A DNA stretch of 64,000 nucleotides from Botryllus schlosseri (taxonomy: Eukaryota): contig CM119371.1 in assembly GCA_051294905.1 (NCBI GenBank), positions 40,364,001 to 40,428,000 on the forward strand. The letters run 5' to 3'. This document shows, in pieces, positions 51,983 to 64,000 of this stretch. A program made the translations under genes and the position numbers. The notes beneath the pieces are model-generated. The model saw nothing but the letters and a program-made list of their open reading frames with translations. It made no database searches and was not told the origin of the DNA. Each line of letters starts with the position of its first letter. Within the stretch, counting starts at the first letter, position 1.

Positions 51983-52443
51983 TGTTAAATAAACTAAACT
52001 AAACTATCTTCATATACTATAAAATTGACGAATGTTTCTGTTTACTACCGCCAAGTTGAAACGAGTCACGGCATATTGGCGTGATTCTGATAAAAAACCG
52101 TTGCTCCAGTCATAAATTATGCCATAAAGCGTTATTGCAGTGTTGAGATAAGAGTTAAATTTACTGCTATTTATCTAAGGTTGCCTTGTACAGTGTAGGA
52201 CTACAATGTACATATCATGAGCAAGGCAGTGTGCTTAACAGAATTAAACACTGTTTGTGGTTAGCGGTCGGACGAATCAGAAATTTAAAAAAGCGGCACA
52301 CCCTCGAATTAAATTGATGTGTAGCAGCAGATAATAACTTGAAATACTGTGTGACTAGAAATTTTTCCAGTTTATACTGCGCGATCCTATGATAAATACT
52401 TGTGTAAGCTCGGAACTTTCTGTTTACTTTACATGGACTACTG

Positions 52444-53400
52444 CAGACCTGGGCAAAGTGCGGCCCGCGAAACTATTCTGTGCGGCCCGCGAAAGGTTGC
52501 TTGGAATTCAAAACTGAGAAGTGGCTTTTTAAATGACCTTTGCGATAGGCTGTATCAACTGAACAGGAAATTAGCTTACTTTGATGCCTATTCCTTAATA
52601 TATCACGATTACACAGCCTGCGTACCTCGCATACTCCAGATCCCAAATAAAGGCCATGTTGGAAAGTATGAGTAACATTTGAAGTCACAAGAAATCACTC
52701 TTTCCATATAGTTTAGTTCAGGGGTTTAGTTCACCATCCTTTTGGCAACCACAGGTTACTTTTGAGTACTGATGGAATCGACGGGCTACCATTTACTCCT
52801 GTCGTTTACCCGCAATAGCCTGAATTTCTGCTTTTGTATTGATAGCACTAGGCAGGAAACACATTGTGGTAAGACTTCTAAGAGAGTGTTCTAAATCACA
52901 ACATCTCATTTCAAATAGCTAGCCACCAAGACTTTTTTAGAAATCACGAATTACTTCACACTATGTTTATATCAATTATGCAACTGTCAGCTCAAATTTT
53001 GAAATAAATCACATCACACCTTAGACTGGACATCATGTTATCTGTTCTTATATCAGTCAGTGGGAGGCCTGGCATTACAGGCTATCAACTAGTGCGCTGT
53101 ACTCGGGTATGTAACTGGACACTGCAACTCTGAGTGAGTGTTCCAGATATCCATTAGTGAGGCGTGTTCTGTGTTGGTTTTTGATGACGTTCATGTCCTC
53201 AAAGGCTGATTCACAACGATAAGTTGAACCAAACACGCCTGCAACCTTCAACCTTAGGCTACACTACTGTACTTTCCCGTGTCAACAAGGCTCCAAAAGT
53301 ATTCTGCAGCCTTATGGGCTTTGAGCTGAAGATCATTTTGCGGGGTTACAATTTCAATCTCCAACCGTTCACCATCCAGACATAATAGATTTCATTATGC
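52444..53400 (-). mobile_element. Decayed hAT element with a GTF2IRD2/EPM2AIP1-like transposase C-terminus (~53060-53385)
   Basis: TIR-like CAGACCTGGGCAAAGTGCGGCCCGCG at 52444. Minus-strand VFGSTYRCESAFEDMNVIKNQHRTRLTNGYL...CQASH. Confidence 0.75.
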
Positions 53401-53924
53401 CTGACAGCAGCATGGATTACGGATTTTCTCATTTTTGGCAGGAGCCGGTTTGAAGCAGGATCAGTACCTTTTCTGATACGGCCGAAGTCAGATCGGAGCC
53501 GGATCAGTACTTTTTACCAATAATACGACGGCCTCAAACTCTTCCACCCTCGAATGAATAGTTGAAGTGAAACTTTCACAGAAATAAACCAATGCTAAAT
53601 CCAAGCAAAATAACTTCAGATAAGGGTTGGGTTTGATCTTCGAGTTTTTAATGTCCTGTTTGCATTGTTTCAATCAATATTCAATACCATCCAGTGAGTA
53701 GATAAATATTACCGGGTTTTTCGGGTCGGATCACGGTCATTTCCTGAATTCAGTCAAGGAGTAGTACCAGAGCTTTTAAAACTAGAAGCGGAGTAGGACC
53801 AGAGAATTTGTCTACCTGCTTCCCACTAATGTCTTCCTGAGTTCCTTAGTGCATGTCAAATTAGTATTTGAATTAAAAAGTTGTACTCGATTTATACCGC
53901 GGTATAATTTTGATATAGGTTCTG

Positions 53925-54028
53925 GTTGTGACACGATTGTTGATATTTAATGTTTTTACCATTCTCTACTAGTTGCTGACAATTACCCGGGTTCATTTCA
54001 ATATGAGTATATTATTCAATTGTATACT
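53925..54028 (+). mobile_element. Penelope pLTR fragment lacking the hammerhead core
   Basis: attctctactagttgctgacaattaccc|gggttcatttcaatatga matches ~39600-39670 with an internal deletion. Confidence 0.75.
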
Positions 54029-54039
54029 TTCGCTTAAGG

Positions 54040-55981
54040 CAGTGGTTCTTAACCTTGTCTCAAGCGTCCCTCAAGCGGCGCTGGCGATTTTGAAGGGACG
54101 GAAACGGCCAGGGGGTGATATGGGGGGCGATGATATCAGGGGAGCAATATGGTGGGTGCTAAAGAAAAATGGCTTCGCAGTAGATGACGTAGTATTAGGG
54201 CATATCATTATTGAGTATTCAGAGGAGATTAACATTCCACAAAATATGTCATATCCTGAAATTTTTGGTCGCGCTATGCGACGATGTTTGCTACATATGT
54301 TTTCATAAATGTAGTGGGTTATTATAATTCATGTAAGATAAATTGGGAGTACTTTTAGATCGCCAATTTCCCATTAAAGCACTGCCATCACGCTTGATAG
54401 GGTTGCTTTCAACAAAATGTATAGATCTAGGTATTATATCCTGCAGCGCATAGCGTGTGGAACTCGAAGAAGGAGGCACTGTATATCACTTTTGAGAATG
54501 AGATTCCCTTGTACATAAAATATGTTTCGAACATGTGCGCGAAATGAATAACCAAACATACTCGTATTTGAGAGCTACAAAATTAAATCATTAGAATATT
54601 TCTTCATCGTATCATAAAGGATGATACTATCTAGTGTTGTGGTCCACAACCTCACATGAACGTTATATAATATGAGTTGCTTTGTTTGGAATACATTCAT
54701 GTTAAAGTTAACGACCGGGCACAGAACTATATTCAATGTGAGCAGATATTTGAATCCCTTTCTCAGTTTACTTAAGTAATTACTTCAGTCACACAATGCA
54801 CTAAAACAAAATCCAATACCATTAATTTCCCCGTATTGCCAATCGCAGAAGTGAATTCGGGATGGTTCGAACCACAGGGTATGGGACCGTACCTGATTGT
54901 TGTTATAACAACCTTGATTTGACCCTGAATATAGCACATACAATTATTATATGTTTATTATAGTCGAGTGGTCCTCGAGAGCGCGATTGAAGCGCGGAAT
55001 ATTTCCAATACTCAATTCCCGAAAAGACCGACTAAACTCTGGCCAGGACCGAAACTGCTGAAACTTAAACCCCAAATATTGGGGGTGAGCTCGAAAGGTG
55101 CCCTAATTATATCGGTGTATGAACATAAATTACACGTAATGTTTAGAAATAGGCATGTCGGCGTCGGACATTACAACGCCACGATGCACGATCGCATATG
55201 AATTTCCGGCTAATAAGGGACTCCGAGAAGTGTGCCAAAAGATCGTCAGCGAAAAAACCTTAGCCGAAGAGAATTACCCTTATGTTGACCGTAAACTTCG
55301 ATGTATATAACTCTAATTGTCCCTATGTGCCTAAATCGCTCTTGCCGAATTATCATGCCGTAGCAATCTGCACCCCACAGGACAAATAAAACATCCATCA
55401 GATAAAAATTATTAGCCAGTGAAGAAATACCAATTTTGAATCGCGTGCTTACTTTAGTTTAATACGTTTATGCGTTTCAATATCTTTTGACTATATAGTG
55501 GACAAGAGGTAACAAAATAACAACATGTAACGAAGTAATTGTACCAAGCAGCACGCACGAATATGTTTAATTATTATTTACGTGACCTTCATTTTCCAAG
55601 ACAACTGCTCACTCAGCACTACTGGTAAATCTGATTACGTGGACTGAGAGTATAAAATGTTTAGTGCGACATATATATGCGAATACCACTTACTCTTTCA
55701 TGCATTATTGAAGATTTTGATGCCTAGGGCGACGAGGCCACACACACTTTGCTGACCATCAAAATCAAGCGACGGGTTTGTTGGGAGCGAATCCCCCAGA
55801 AGTTTGGTTTATCACACTATAGATGCGCAATACAATCGTTTTAGGGTGACTGACATAATGCTGCTACGGCCCTCTTTCTTACCCATTGTCTTTATTACAG
55901 TCCTTATAATATGGGGCGCGGCGCTAGAGCCAGATAATTTTTGAAAGGGGGCGCTGGAGGAGAAAAGGTCAAGAAACACTG
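54040..55981. mobile_element. Old hAT-type non-autonomous element
   Basis: Imperfect TIR CAGTGGTTCTTAACCTT / AAGGTCAAGAAACACTG. TSD is degenerate. Confidence 0.55.
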
Positions 55982-57806
55982 GCTCATAGCATAGTAATTA
56001 GAATTGGCCAGTAACGCCAGTAGCTCTCTTACTCGGGTGATAATAATTTTAGACTACTTGTAATGCTACGTCAATATTTTCTCTTTTTTAGACATTACTA
56101 CTTCTTGAGGGCCAATGATCCCTACTTTGAGCACCTATGGTAGTATCAGACGGGATACTAACATATGTAGATTTTTACCAGTTTGTTCGTATTATTTCAG
56201 TAAATTGAAAATGTGGTCGGAGGACGGCTAAATGTCCTATTTTTAGAGATTTGGGGGCCTTTTTTTGTCAACACAGTACTATTGGTGAAATTTTTTTAAG
56301 AATCACTAGTTCTGTTTTCCGATAGTAGAGCCTTCAGAATTTTTGAAAAGTGTCCTCTTTTTTGGATATCAAAATGTAGTAACCCTTAGTAACAGTAGCA
56401 AACTAATTATATTATAGGATACTATAGTGATTCTTATTTTCTTTGCTGGATATCTGCATTGCAGACTACAATTCGTAACAAGTTACTTTAAATAAACTTC
56501 CTACTGAGGGGCAAGTAAGTCTTATCATTATGAACAGCGCATTGACTACGTGATCTAATCTTCATTTTTAGAGCCTGTCATACAGTTTAATCCCTGATAT
56601 TTCTGATAATAGCAGTTTGCAACAGTAAAATATTTGATATGATTCTATTTCGAATAAAAGCGATATAATTCCAAGAACATCACACTTTTAGGGCGGTTCA
56701 TATGTTCGCAGGGAATATCGTTAATTAATCTCCGACGAAACGACCACCAACAATAACCGATTCGCTGAATGATTGCCCTAACATAGCGAACGAGAGAATT
56801 GTTTATGATTCCCCGGAATGCTGCAGATTTAGAATGCCGCGATTTGGTAACGTTTGCCCTCTGGCGGTGAGATAATTATGACTCGGCTCGTTTGCAGAAA
56901 TACTATTGAACTTTCCCCTGAATTGATCATAACATTGACAACAGTTCTAAGATTATAGGGTACTTTTGGTAGTTAATTCGAGATGAATACTTTTCGAAGA
57001 GCGAGGTACATATTTGCGATTAGCGGAAAATTCATAATGGGGCTGCAAATAGCCTAGGTGCAGTCTACGAAAATAAATCCAGTTACCGCCGTACAGAGGT
57101 TATTTTGCCAGGTTAACATGACAACTTTTCTCAAAAATGTGATGCAAAAATACCCCAAAACTAATTTACACCTTACTGAATTCAAAGTGTGAAAAGCAGT
57201 TAGGCCAAAAACTGTTAAGTAGGAATTGGAAGTAACCAATGATATATATACAATGATTGGAAACTGCCACGCCCCCTAACGCTGTAAGGTTTACTCCCGC
57301 CGAAATCAGCGTGTGCGCGGATAAGGTTGACTGCATACACTTCATTGAGTAATGTTGACCGTGGTGGAGTACTGCTATCACCTTTGCTGGCAGTTATTCC
57401 ACTGTTTTTTCGTTTGTTGGTTGATTGTTAACAGGTTTTGCGAGCATAGTGAGACAGTACTGCATACTAAGGTCTAATCAAACTTCCGCCAATGCGCAAT
57501 ATTCAGGTACTGACTAGCTGCTTAGGTTTTTGCACCTGTGGATGAGCGTAAAAAAGCTTGGAAAATTAGGACAGATTGAGATTCGAACATTTTTAAGCAT
57601 CAATTACGCCATCTGATATCTTGAAAGCGTAACTGATTAAGATGCTTTTGCGAGTCATCTTATTGCTGGTGGGTGGCCAACCTGAAAATTCGATGAGACC
57701 CATTTAACAGAAAGCAATTTTATTGAAGGCTACTATAATATTTATAACTCTTTTTTCTCACTAATAGTTGATTGATGAATAGTTGGTTGCGTCAGATGTG
57801 AGATAG

Positions 57807-60055
57807 TGTTGCATACCAGGGTGTGCTAAAACCTCTGCCAATGCGCATTTGTTTAAAGTTCCAGCAAAACGTTTTTGTACTGGCGCCAAATATGAATGGG
57901 CAGAAAACCTTGAGAAATTTATAAGGAGCATGCGTCAAGATCGTGGCTGGATCAATTGTACAAAAAAAAGACGATTTAAAGATTTGCGAACTTCATTCGC
58001 GTATGCAAAGCTTGGCAAAGATGCGGGAGATTTTTGCAGCTCAGCTTCTCTCTAATAGTGTTGCGCGTATTATGCGAGCAGGAGAGGTGAGGCTAAAGAA
58101 GCTTCTGCATGGTTTGCCGGTATTTACTAGTGCAGTGGTTCTCAACCTTTTTGACCTCGCGGCACCCTTTGAAAATGAAAAATAGTTCGCGGCACACTAG
58201 CACAGGGGTTTTCAAATTTTTGGCTTTTGGCACCTGCAAACTACCAGAATACTTAGCAACACCTACAGTTGTACACAGGTGGTTTCTGACGAAGTATTTT
58301 TTACCTGTACGGAGTACTCAAGTAGGGTTTGCTCTACTTCAGAGGCGGAATTACGGTATCTTGTATATGTCTGCGGACATGTCCCAAATACGTCTACGAA
58401 TGGTATCATTTAACATGGAAATCTTTTTCAATTCTTCCGTCTTCAATTCAAACCGAATAATAACTTCCCCCGCTTCCGTGTGAGGTTTTGAAATTTTAGC
58501 TGTTACCTGCGCTATCACATAACTGGACTGCTGCGATCACGCTGAAACTTCAAACGTTTTGGTAAACGACTTACATTGGTGTTTTCGCTCATCCAAAAGT
58601 CTTAGATCGGCGATATGTCAGATACGTGTGTATGCTTTTTAAAGCGCGTTTTCAATTCACTTGGTACCATAGGTTCATTTGTCAATTTTGCAGATAATGA
58701 AGCCTAGGTCACATCAAGTGAGGCCTATATTTACATAACTGTAGCGTTATAATAACGCTCTTTCTTTTCTAATATACCTCCATTGCCAAAAGCTCCTTTT
58801 TTACTGCAATGGTCATCACCGCGTGACTTCCTTTCTTCAAAATAAGCTTTTTCATTTTATTATTCTCAAAAGCAAACTTTATTACGTACAGCGTCCCTCA
58901 TATAGCTTACAAAGCCCTGATAGAATAATGTCGTCGTAATCATCGGGCCAGAATATCGTACCTTCTTGATTACAACAAGCAGGACATATCAAGACGACAC
59001 TAGAGGGGAGCCCTTTGATTTAGTAGCAAACGACGTCACAGAAACTTCGGGTTGCAATTAGATACTCTTTCATGAGATTTGTATGGCAATAAACTCTGCC
59101 CACTACCGCATTGTCGATGTAATCCATCGCATGGAACAGGTCAAGCACTATCGCCACTAATGAATACAGAGGCCTAGAGGCGTAGGCCTATAGAAGGATG
59201 CCAAACGCATTTTCCCGCAGATCGTGTAGCACGAGTGAGAATAGCCTCGCCTTATCTTAAAAGTTCTACAGGCAGCCACCCGCAGTTCAATTATAGGTCC
59301 AACAAACCGGGATAATCACCTCAGCGGCGGGTTCACTTGTAAACTGATATAATTTGATCAACCTTACTTCTCAATTTAATTCAAATCCGTCGCCGGTAAC
59401 ATAACGTCGCTCTCCGACCCTACATTTTACCGACAGTGCCGGCACGCAACCTAACAATCGCAATGTGGAAGGCTATGTATGTAATTCGAATTTGTAAACG
59501 TGAACATCACCCCCAAATGAGTTCATTTCTTGCTTCTTGCCGCCATGTCTGCTCCTTTCTGTGATCAATCAACGTATTGGGCAACACTGAATTGAGCATT
59601 CAAGGCACGCGATATGTTGGGTAAAGCGAATTCATGAGGGATGTTGATTGTGGGCATGACAGCAATTTTGATTTGTCAAATGTCCGAACTTCACATCGAG
59701 ACCGATTTTGATTATAGATGGTTTGCTATGGATTAGAATTATTTTGCGCATATTTTCAAAATTTCGAAGAAATCGCTTGCGGCACACTTGCGAGACCTAA
59801 ATGGCACACTAGTGTGCCGCGGCACACCGGTTGAGAACCACTGTACTAGTGGTTCGACATTATGAATACATCAACCAAGTTCAGCTACAACGCCAACTGA
59901 AGCCATATTGCAGTCCAGACGATTCACGCTTGGACTGGCTGGAAAATGATTTCTTGCCTAAAATGCGAAAATGGATAGATTCTTGTGCTGAAGGAACAGC
60001 AACTTGGGAAACCAAAAACTTCTTGAGTCTCGATAACCATTTATGCATTTACTAA
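57807..60055 (+). pseudogene. THAP-domain P-element-like (THAP9-like) transposase remnant, split by a MITE
   Basis: THAP-like CCIPGCAKTSANAHLFKVP...W, then KMREIFAAQLLSNSVA. After the MITE: WFDIMNT and LKPYCSPDDSRLDWLENDFL. Confidence 0.65.
58133..59843. mobile_element. hAT non-autonomous element
   Basis: TIR CAGTGGTTCTCAACC / GGTTGAGAACCACTG. Perfect TSD TACTAGTG at 58125-58132 and 59844-59851. GCGGCAC subterminal motifs. Confidence 0.93.
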
Positions 60056-62039
60056 CCATGGACAAGTACGGTCAAATAGCCGAATCCTTATTCTGCACTT
60101 ACAGATATTAATGAATTCGGTGACACCTTGATATCATATAAAATTACGGAAAAAGAATGTTCCCCATCCTACCAATGATTCGGGCAAGAGCAAGCAAAGA
60201 TGGACAAATAGCTAAACAAGGCAGATTTCATCAAGAGTAGATACGGCATCATTCGGGTCGTATTTGGCCATTCTTGAGCCAACGAAAGCGAGTGTACTGC
60301 TGCATTATTAAGGACATCATCCAAATACTTTTCCCAAGTTGAAGATGACAAAACTTGATATCTAGCACTGTTATTGCTTAACAAATCAGGCATAAACTGT
60401 TTTAGTTGTCCACATGGTTATTTTTGCATTGGTCTAGTTCTGTACAGTTGCATATTAATGTTTCTTTTTTTCAAATGCCCGCATCATTATTTCGGTCATA
60501 TACACATGAATTAGGGATTTGAGGATTAAATTATGTATTCGTAAATGTTCTATATCTGTGAAGTGTATGTATCTTCCTTCCTCATTTCTTTACATAACAT
60601 GATGGAATCCTGAAAATTCAATTCTGTATTGTAAGGCATCGAGATTTTGTGGAATGATCATGGATAGGTGACTTTTTTCAGAGGTGGGTGATGTATGCAG
60701 CGTTGCTACTGAAGTAGTGGAAGTATTGCTACAATGATTTACGCAGGTTCAAATAGAAGTAGCGAAAATATAAATCGGTATAGTACTTTTTAAAGTTCTA
60801 TAGTACTTTTAAAAAGTTCTAAAAGTAGATTTGGTTGTTCGCTCCGAGTCAGTTGGAAATAGTCACTTTTGAAATTGCAGGGTTAAGCTTAGTGACTGCC
60901 GCAAAATGGCCATTAAATATGTGCATGCTATTTTCAAAAACCTTCAAAACTCAGGAGATCTAGATATCCCCGGAAAAAAACAAGTTGTGATGTTTTTGTT
61001 TGGTGAGTAGTATGAAAACAATCACCCGCGGAAGTAAGCAAACCTACTCGAATACTCAAAATAACTAGAATTACTCCTTTAGAAACTACGTCTGCTTGAT
61101 ATTTAATTATATATAATGTTATTGATTTAGCAAGTTGGAATGAAGGTTGTGTCACTTGCAACAAAGGTTGAACGACCACGACTGTGTGAACATAAGCCTC
61201 GTTGGTCGTCACAAGGCTACATCACGGGAATTGCGTATAATTACGAGTCGTCAATTTGTGAATTGGATTTACGATACGCGCATGACGCGCGAAATTTATC
61301 TTGTGAACTAGGTGTACGACTGTACGAAGTACGTGTACGTGAATCAACGTTTATATGGCAGCGGTCCGCTAGCATAATCAGAAGAAAAATGCCAGACGCG
61401 AGAGAGAAATGCGCTTTTAAAGCTATTCAACACGTTAACGTTAATTGCCACTGATTAATATACTCAATGAATTATATATCATCGCTAGTTCCTCAAAGAA
61501 GTATTGCTGAGGAAGCCTTTGTTTACAGCACAACTGTGTATGCGATGAAGCGTGACCAGGAACACGCTGAAACGCAGAGCTCACGGTAGTTTCCAATCAT
61601 TGTATATATATCATTGGAAGTAACATATAACCGCTTGAGCTAGTGTAAATAATAGTCAGAGCAAAAAGGCAAAACGTAAAGCACTCCCTGAAAGTAGAAA
61701 TACTTCGTTGATTACTGTTGACTGTGCTTTAGTTTTCAGGAGCTCAGTGCAAATACTCTACCTTCTAATAATAGAAATCAAGAAGCCAAATATCTACGTG
61801 ACCTAACCTATTCTTTACTACAGAAAAATCAACCCGATAGCATCAGAATGTCGGGATTGCTTGTTTATGTTCGAGGAATCTTATTGTTCAATCTTTGACA
61901 AGACGATGATCACAACATCGTAAGATTACTTACCGAGAGATTTATGACTCGTCAGAATCTGTAGATTGATAATGTCACGATTTCGCCCATATAATTTAAC
62001 AGCTTCAATACAATTTTCAATACAATTTTCAACCGCCTC

Positions 62040-62455
62040 CCCGACACGAATAATCGTCATTATGATCGAATATTATTTCGTCTACGGTCAGGTCATTGCC
62101 GCCTTAATTCCCATTTATTCAAGATTGGGTGTGCCGACTCCCCCTTGTGTTCCTTATGCTGCGTCCCGGACACTGTTTCACATTTGCTAATGGAATGTCG
62201 TAAATTTGAATTTCATCGCCGATTTTTGATTGCTCATTGTGCCAATGAAAACGTTGCTTTCTCTGTACAAAATCTATTGACCCTCCATTGCCTAACTATA
62301 CCAGTTATAGAATTTATTCTCTCCAGCGAATTATTTCTCTGATCTCTTTGTTTTTCTCCGATTGCCTCATTGAATGTATACTGAGCGTGGCGCAAATAAC
62401 CATCATCGGTTGAAAGCGCCACTTCTTTCCATATTAATAATAATAATAATAATAA
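62040..62455 (+). mobile_element. 3' end of an I-group (I/Nimb/ingi-like) LINE
   Basis: RLRSGHCRLNSHLFKIG...PLCSLCCVPDTVSHLLMEC zinc knuckle, a GGCGC...GCGCC 3'UTR stem and a (TAA)n tail. Confidence 0.75.
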
Positions 62456-64000
62456 TTTAACGAATACATGCATGAACTCTTCACAATAATAACATAAACT
62501 ACCGCGATTTAATCAAAACAGCACTACAGGAACAACAGCTAATCTGATCGTCGAGTCGATTAATGCGCCGTTGAGCAGTGAAGTCACTGCATGCCAACCA
62601 GATTTATGCTAGATAATAACATACTATGGCAGGCGACGTGTTTACCATAGAGCACATTTGGTTTCCAACCGACACGAATTTCTTTCCAAGATAGGTCAAA
62701 GCATTCGACAAACATTCAAGTGGAAGCAAAAGACGACAACTCTGAAAAATACTCATGTGTAAGTATGGTTGTTGTAGCAGTAATAGGAGGGTTAAATACG
62801 TTTAACAGGTAATCGGAGGTGGCTACTTTCATAACTGCTAGATATATTAGTGACCAATGCTAAACGAAATAGGACACGACTAAAAACACCTCCTTTCTTT
62901 GAAAATGTATTCAGGTACCGCGTATAGTTGTTGTTGTTGTTCGTGGTATTTATGGTGTTTGTCGACAGCTATGGTCATGGTCATCTACACCGGGCCAATT
63001 TTCGTCATTTTTGTACCGTAGACGCCGATTTGTAGTACTGCGAACTTCTAGGCTTTTATACGACGCATCTTAAAATGATGAGATGGCAAGGAGGAGTCTA
63101 TAACCTCCAGCACTTAGGTGGGAATTCTGGAGTCGAACTAGGTCCGACCCTAACCAGCAACCCATTGATGTTGCAGCTGTTGATTTTACTACTACGCTAT
63201 CACGTCACCCATGTCACCGATTTGCGGACAATAGGGTACTGTACGCAGTCGTCATGACACAAGCTGTCGTAAACGTGAGGGAAATATATTCTAAACCGCT
63301 TCCTACTGCACAAAAACAATGTCTCAAAAGAAAGTTGTGTTACTAGCTTACTACAAAAATATTAGTGGCATCCTTCACTCGGGGTTAGTCGTGAAGACGT
63401 GCCCTGGAAGTTAAAAAGTATCCTCCTGTTGTTGTTGTTGTCGTTGTTGATTATGTTTGTTTTACGATTACATTCGCCAAAATCCAAGATTCGTTTTAAT
63501 ACATTACAACGTTTAAACTCAATGTATGTTCAACATCTTCATTGCGTAAGTCAGCAAGTTCATTACGGTGGGAGCGATATTTTTCTTCCAACACGTGTTG
63601 TGTCTCTGATTGCGACATGTCAATAAATAATGGCTGACGCTCTCTACTTGGTTGAACAATTTGCTGAATCTGTTATTCCCAATTTGAACAGGTGAGCTGG
63701 TCTCGTCCGCAATGTCCGGTTTGTAGCCGGAACAAAATCGATTGATATTATTAATAATAATAATATTAATGGCACAGTGACGGTGGCGTTTATCGCCTTT
63801 TTCAGAGTTTGTGCACCACGACACGACTATTTGTAATGTTCCTATTTCTTTGCCTTGCGTAATCTTGAGGACAACTTTCGCTCTTTCTCTCATTCAGACG
63901 CCCGTCTCTCTCGCTCCCATGCGTCTCCATTGTGGTCTTTGCTGCCGACTCGTAGCACGACTAACTTTGCGTCTGGACATTTTAACGTACTATGCGGTAG

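Noticed and set aside
63519..64000. Minus-strand ORF or exon at the window end
   Set aside because: No recognisable domain, the frames are interrupted, and it runs through an AAT microsatellite.

Overview
AT-rich eukaryotic (animal, probably marine invertebrate) genomic DNA, almost entirely transposon-derived. The main structure is a 15,285-bp non-coding giant palindrome (9708-24992). It has two near-identical 6,752-bp inverted arms, 5'-AGTAGT...ACTACT-3' termini and a perfect 6-bp target-site duplication (TACGCC), which fits a non-autonomous, fold-back Polinton/Maverick. A 962-bp TA-TSD MITE sits in one arm only. A second Polinton-like terminus ends at 8058, and that element shares a ~650-bp internal module with the palindrome. 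The rest of the window holds a frameshifted BTB-BACK gene, a decayed hAT transposon, an R4/Dong-type RLE retrotransposon in a (TAA)n microsatellite, a Penelope-like element with an inverted repeat and candidate minimal hammerhead ribozymes, CR1/L2 and I-group LINE remnants, a THAP/P-element remnant, a tRNA-derived SINE and many nested hAT MITEs with 8-bp TSDs. All calls were made by eye; no database searches were run.
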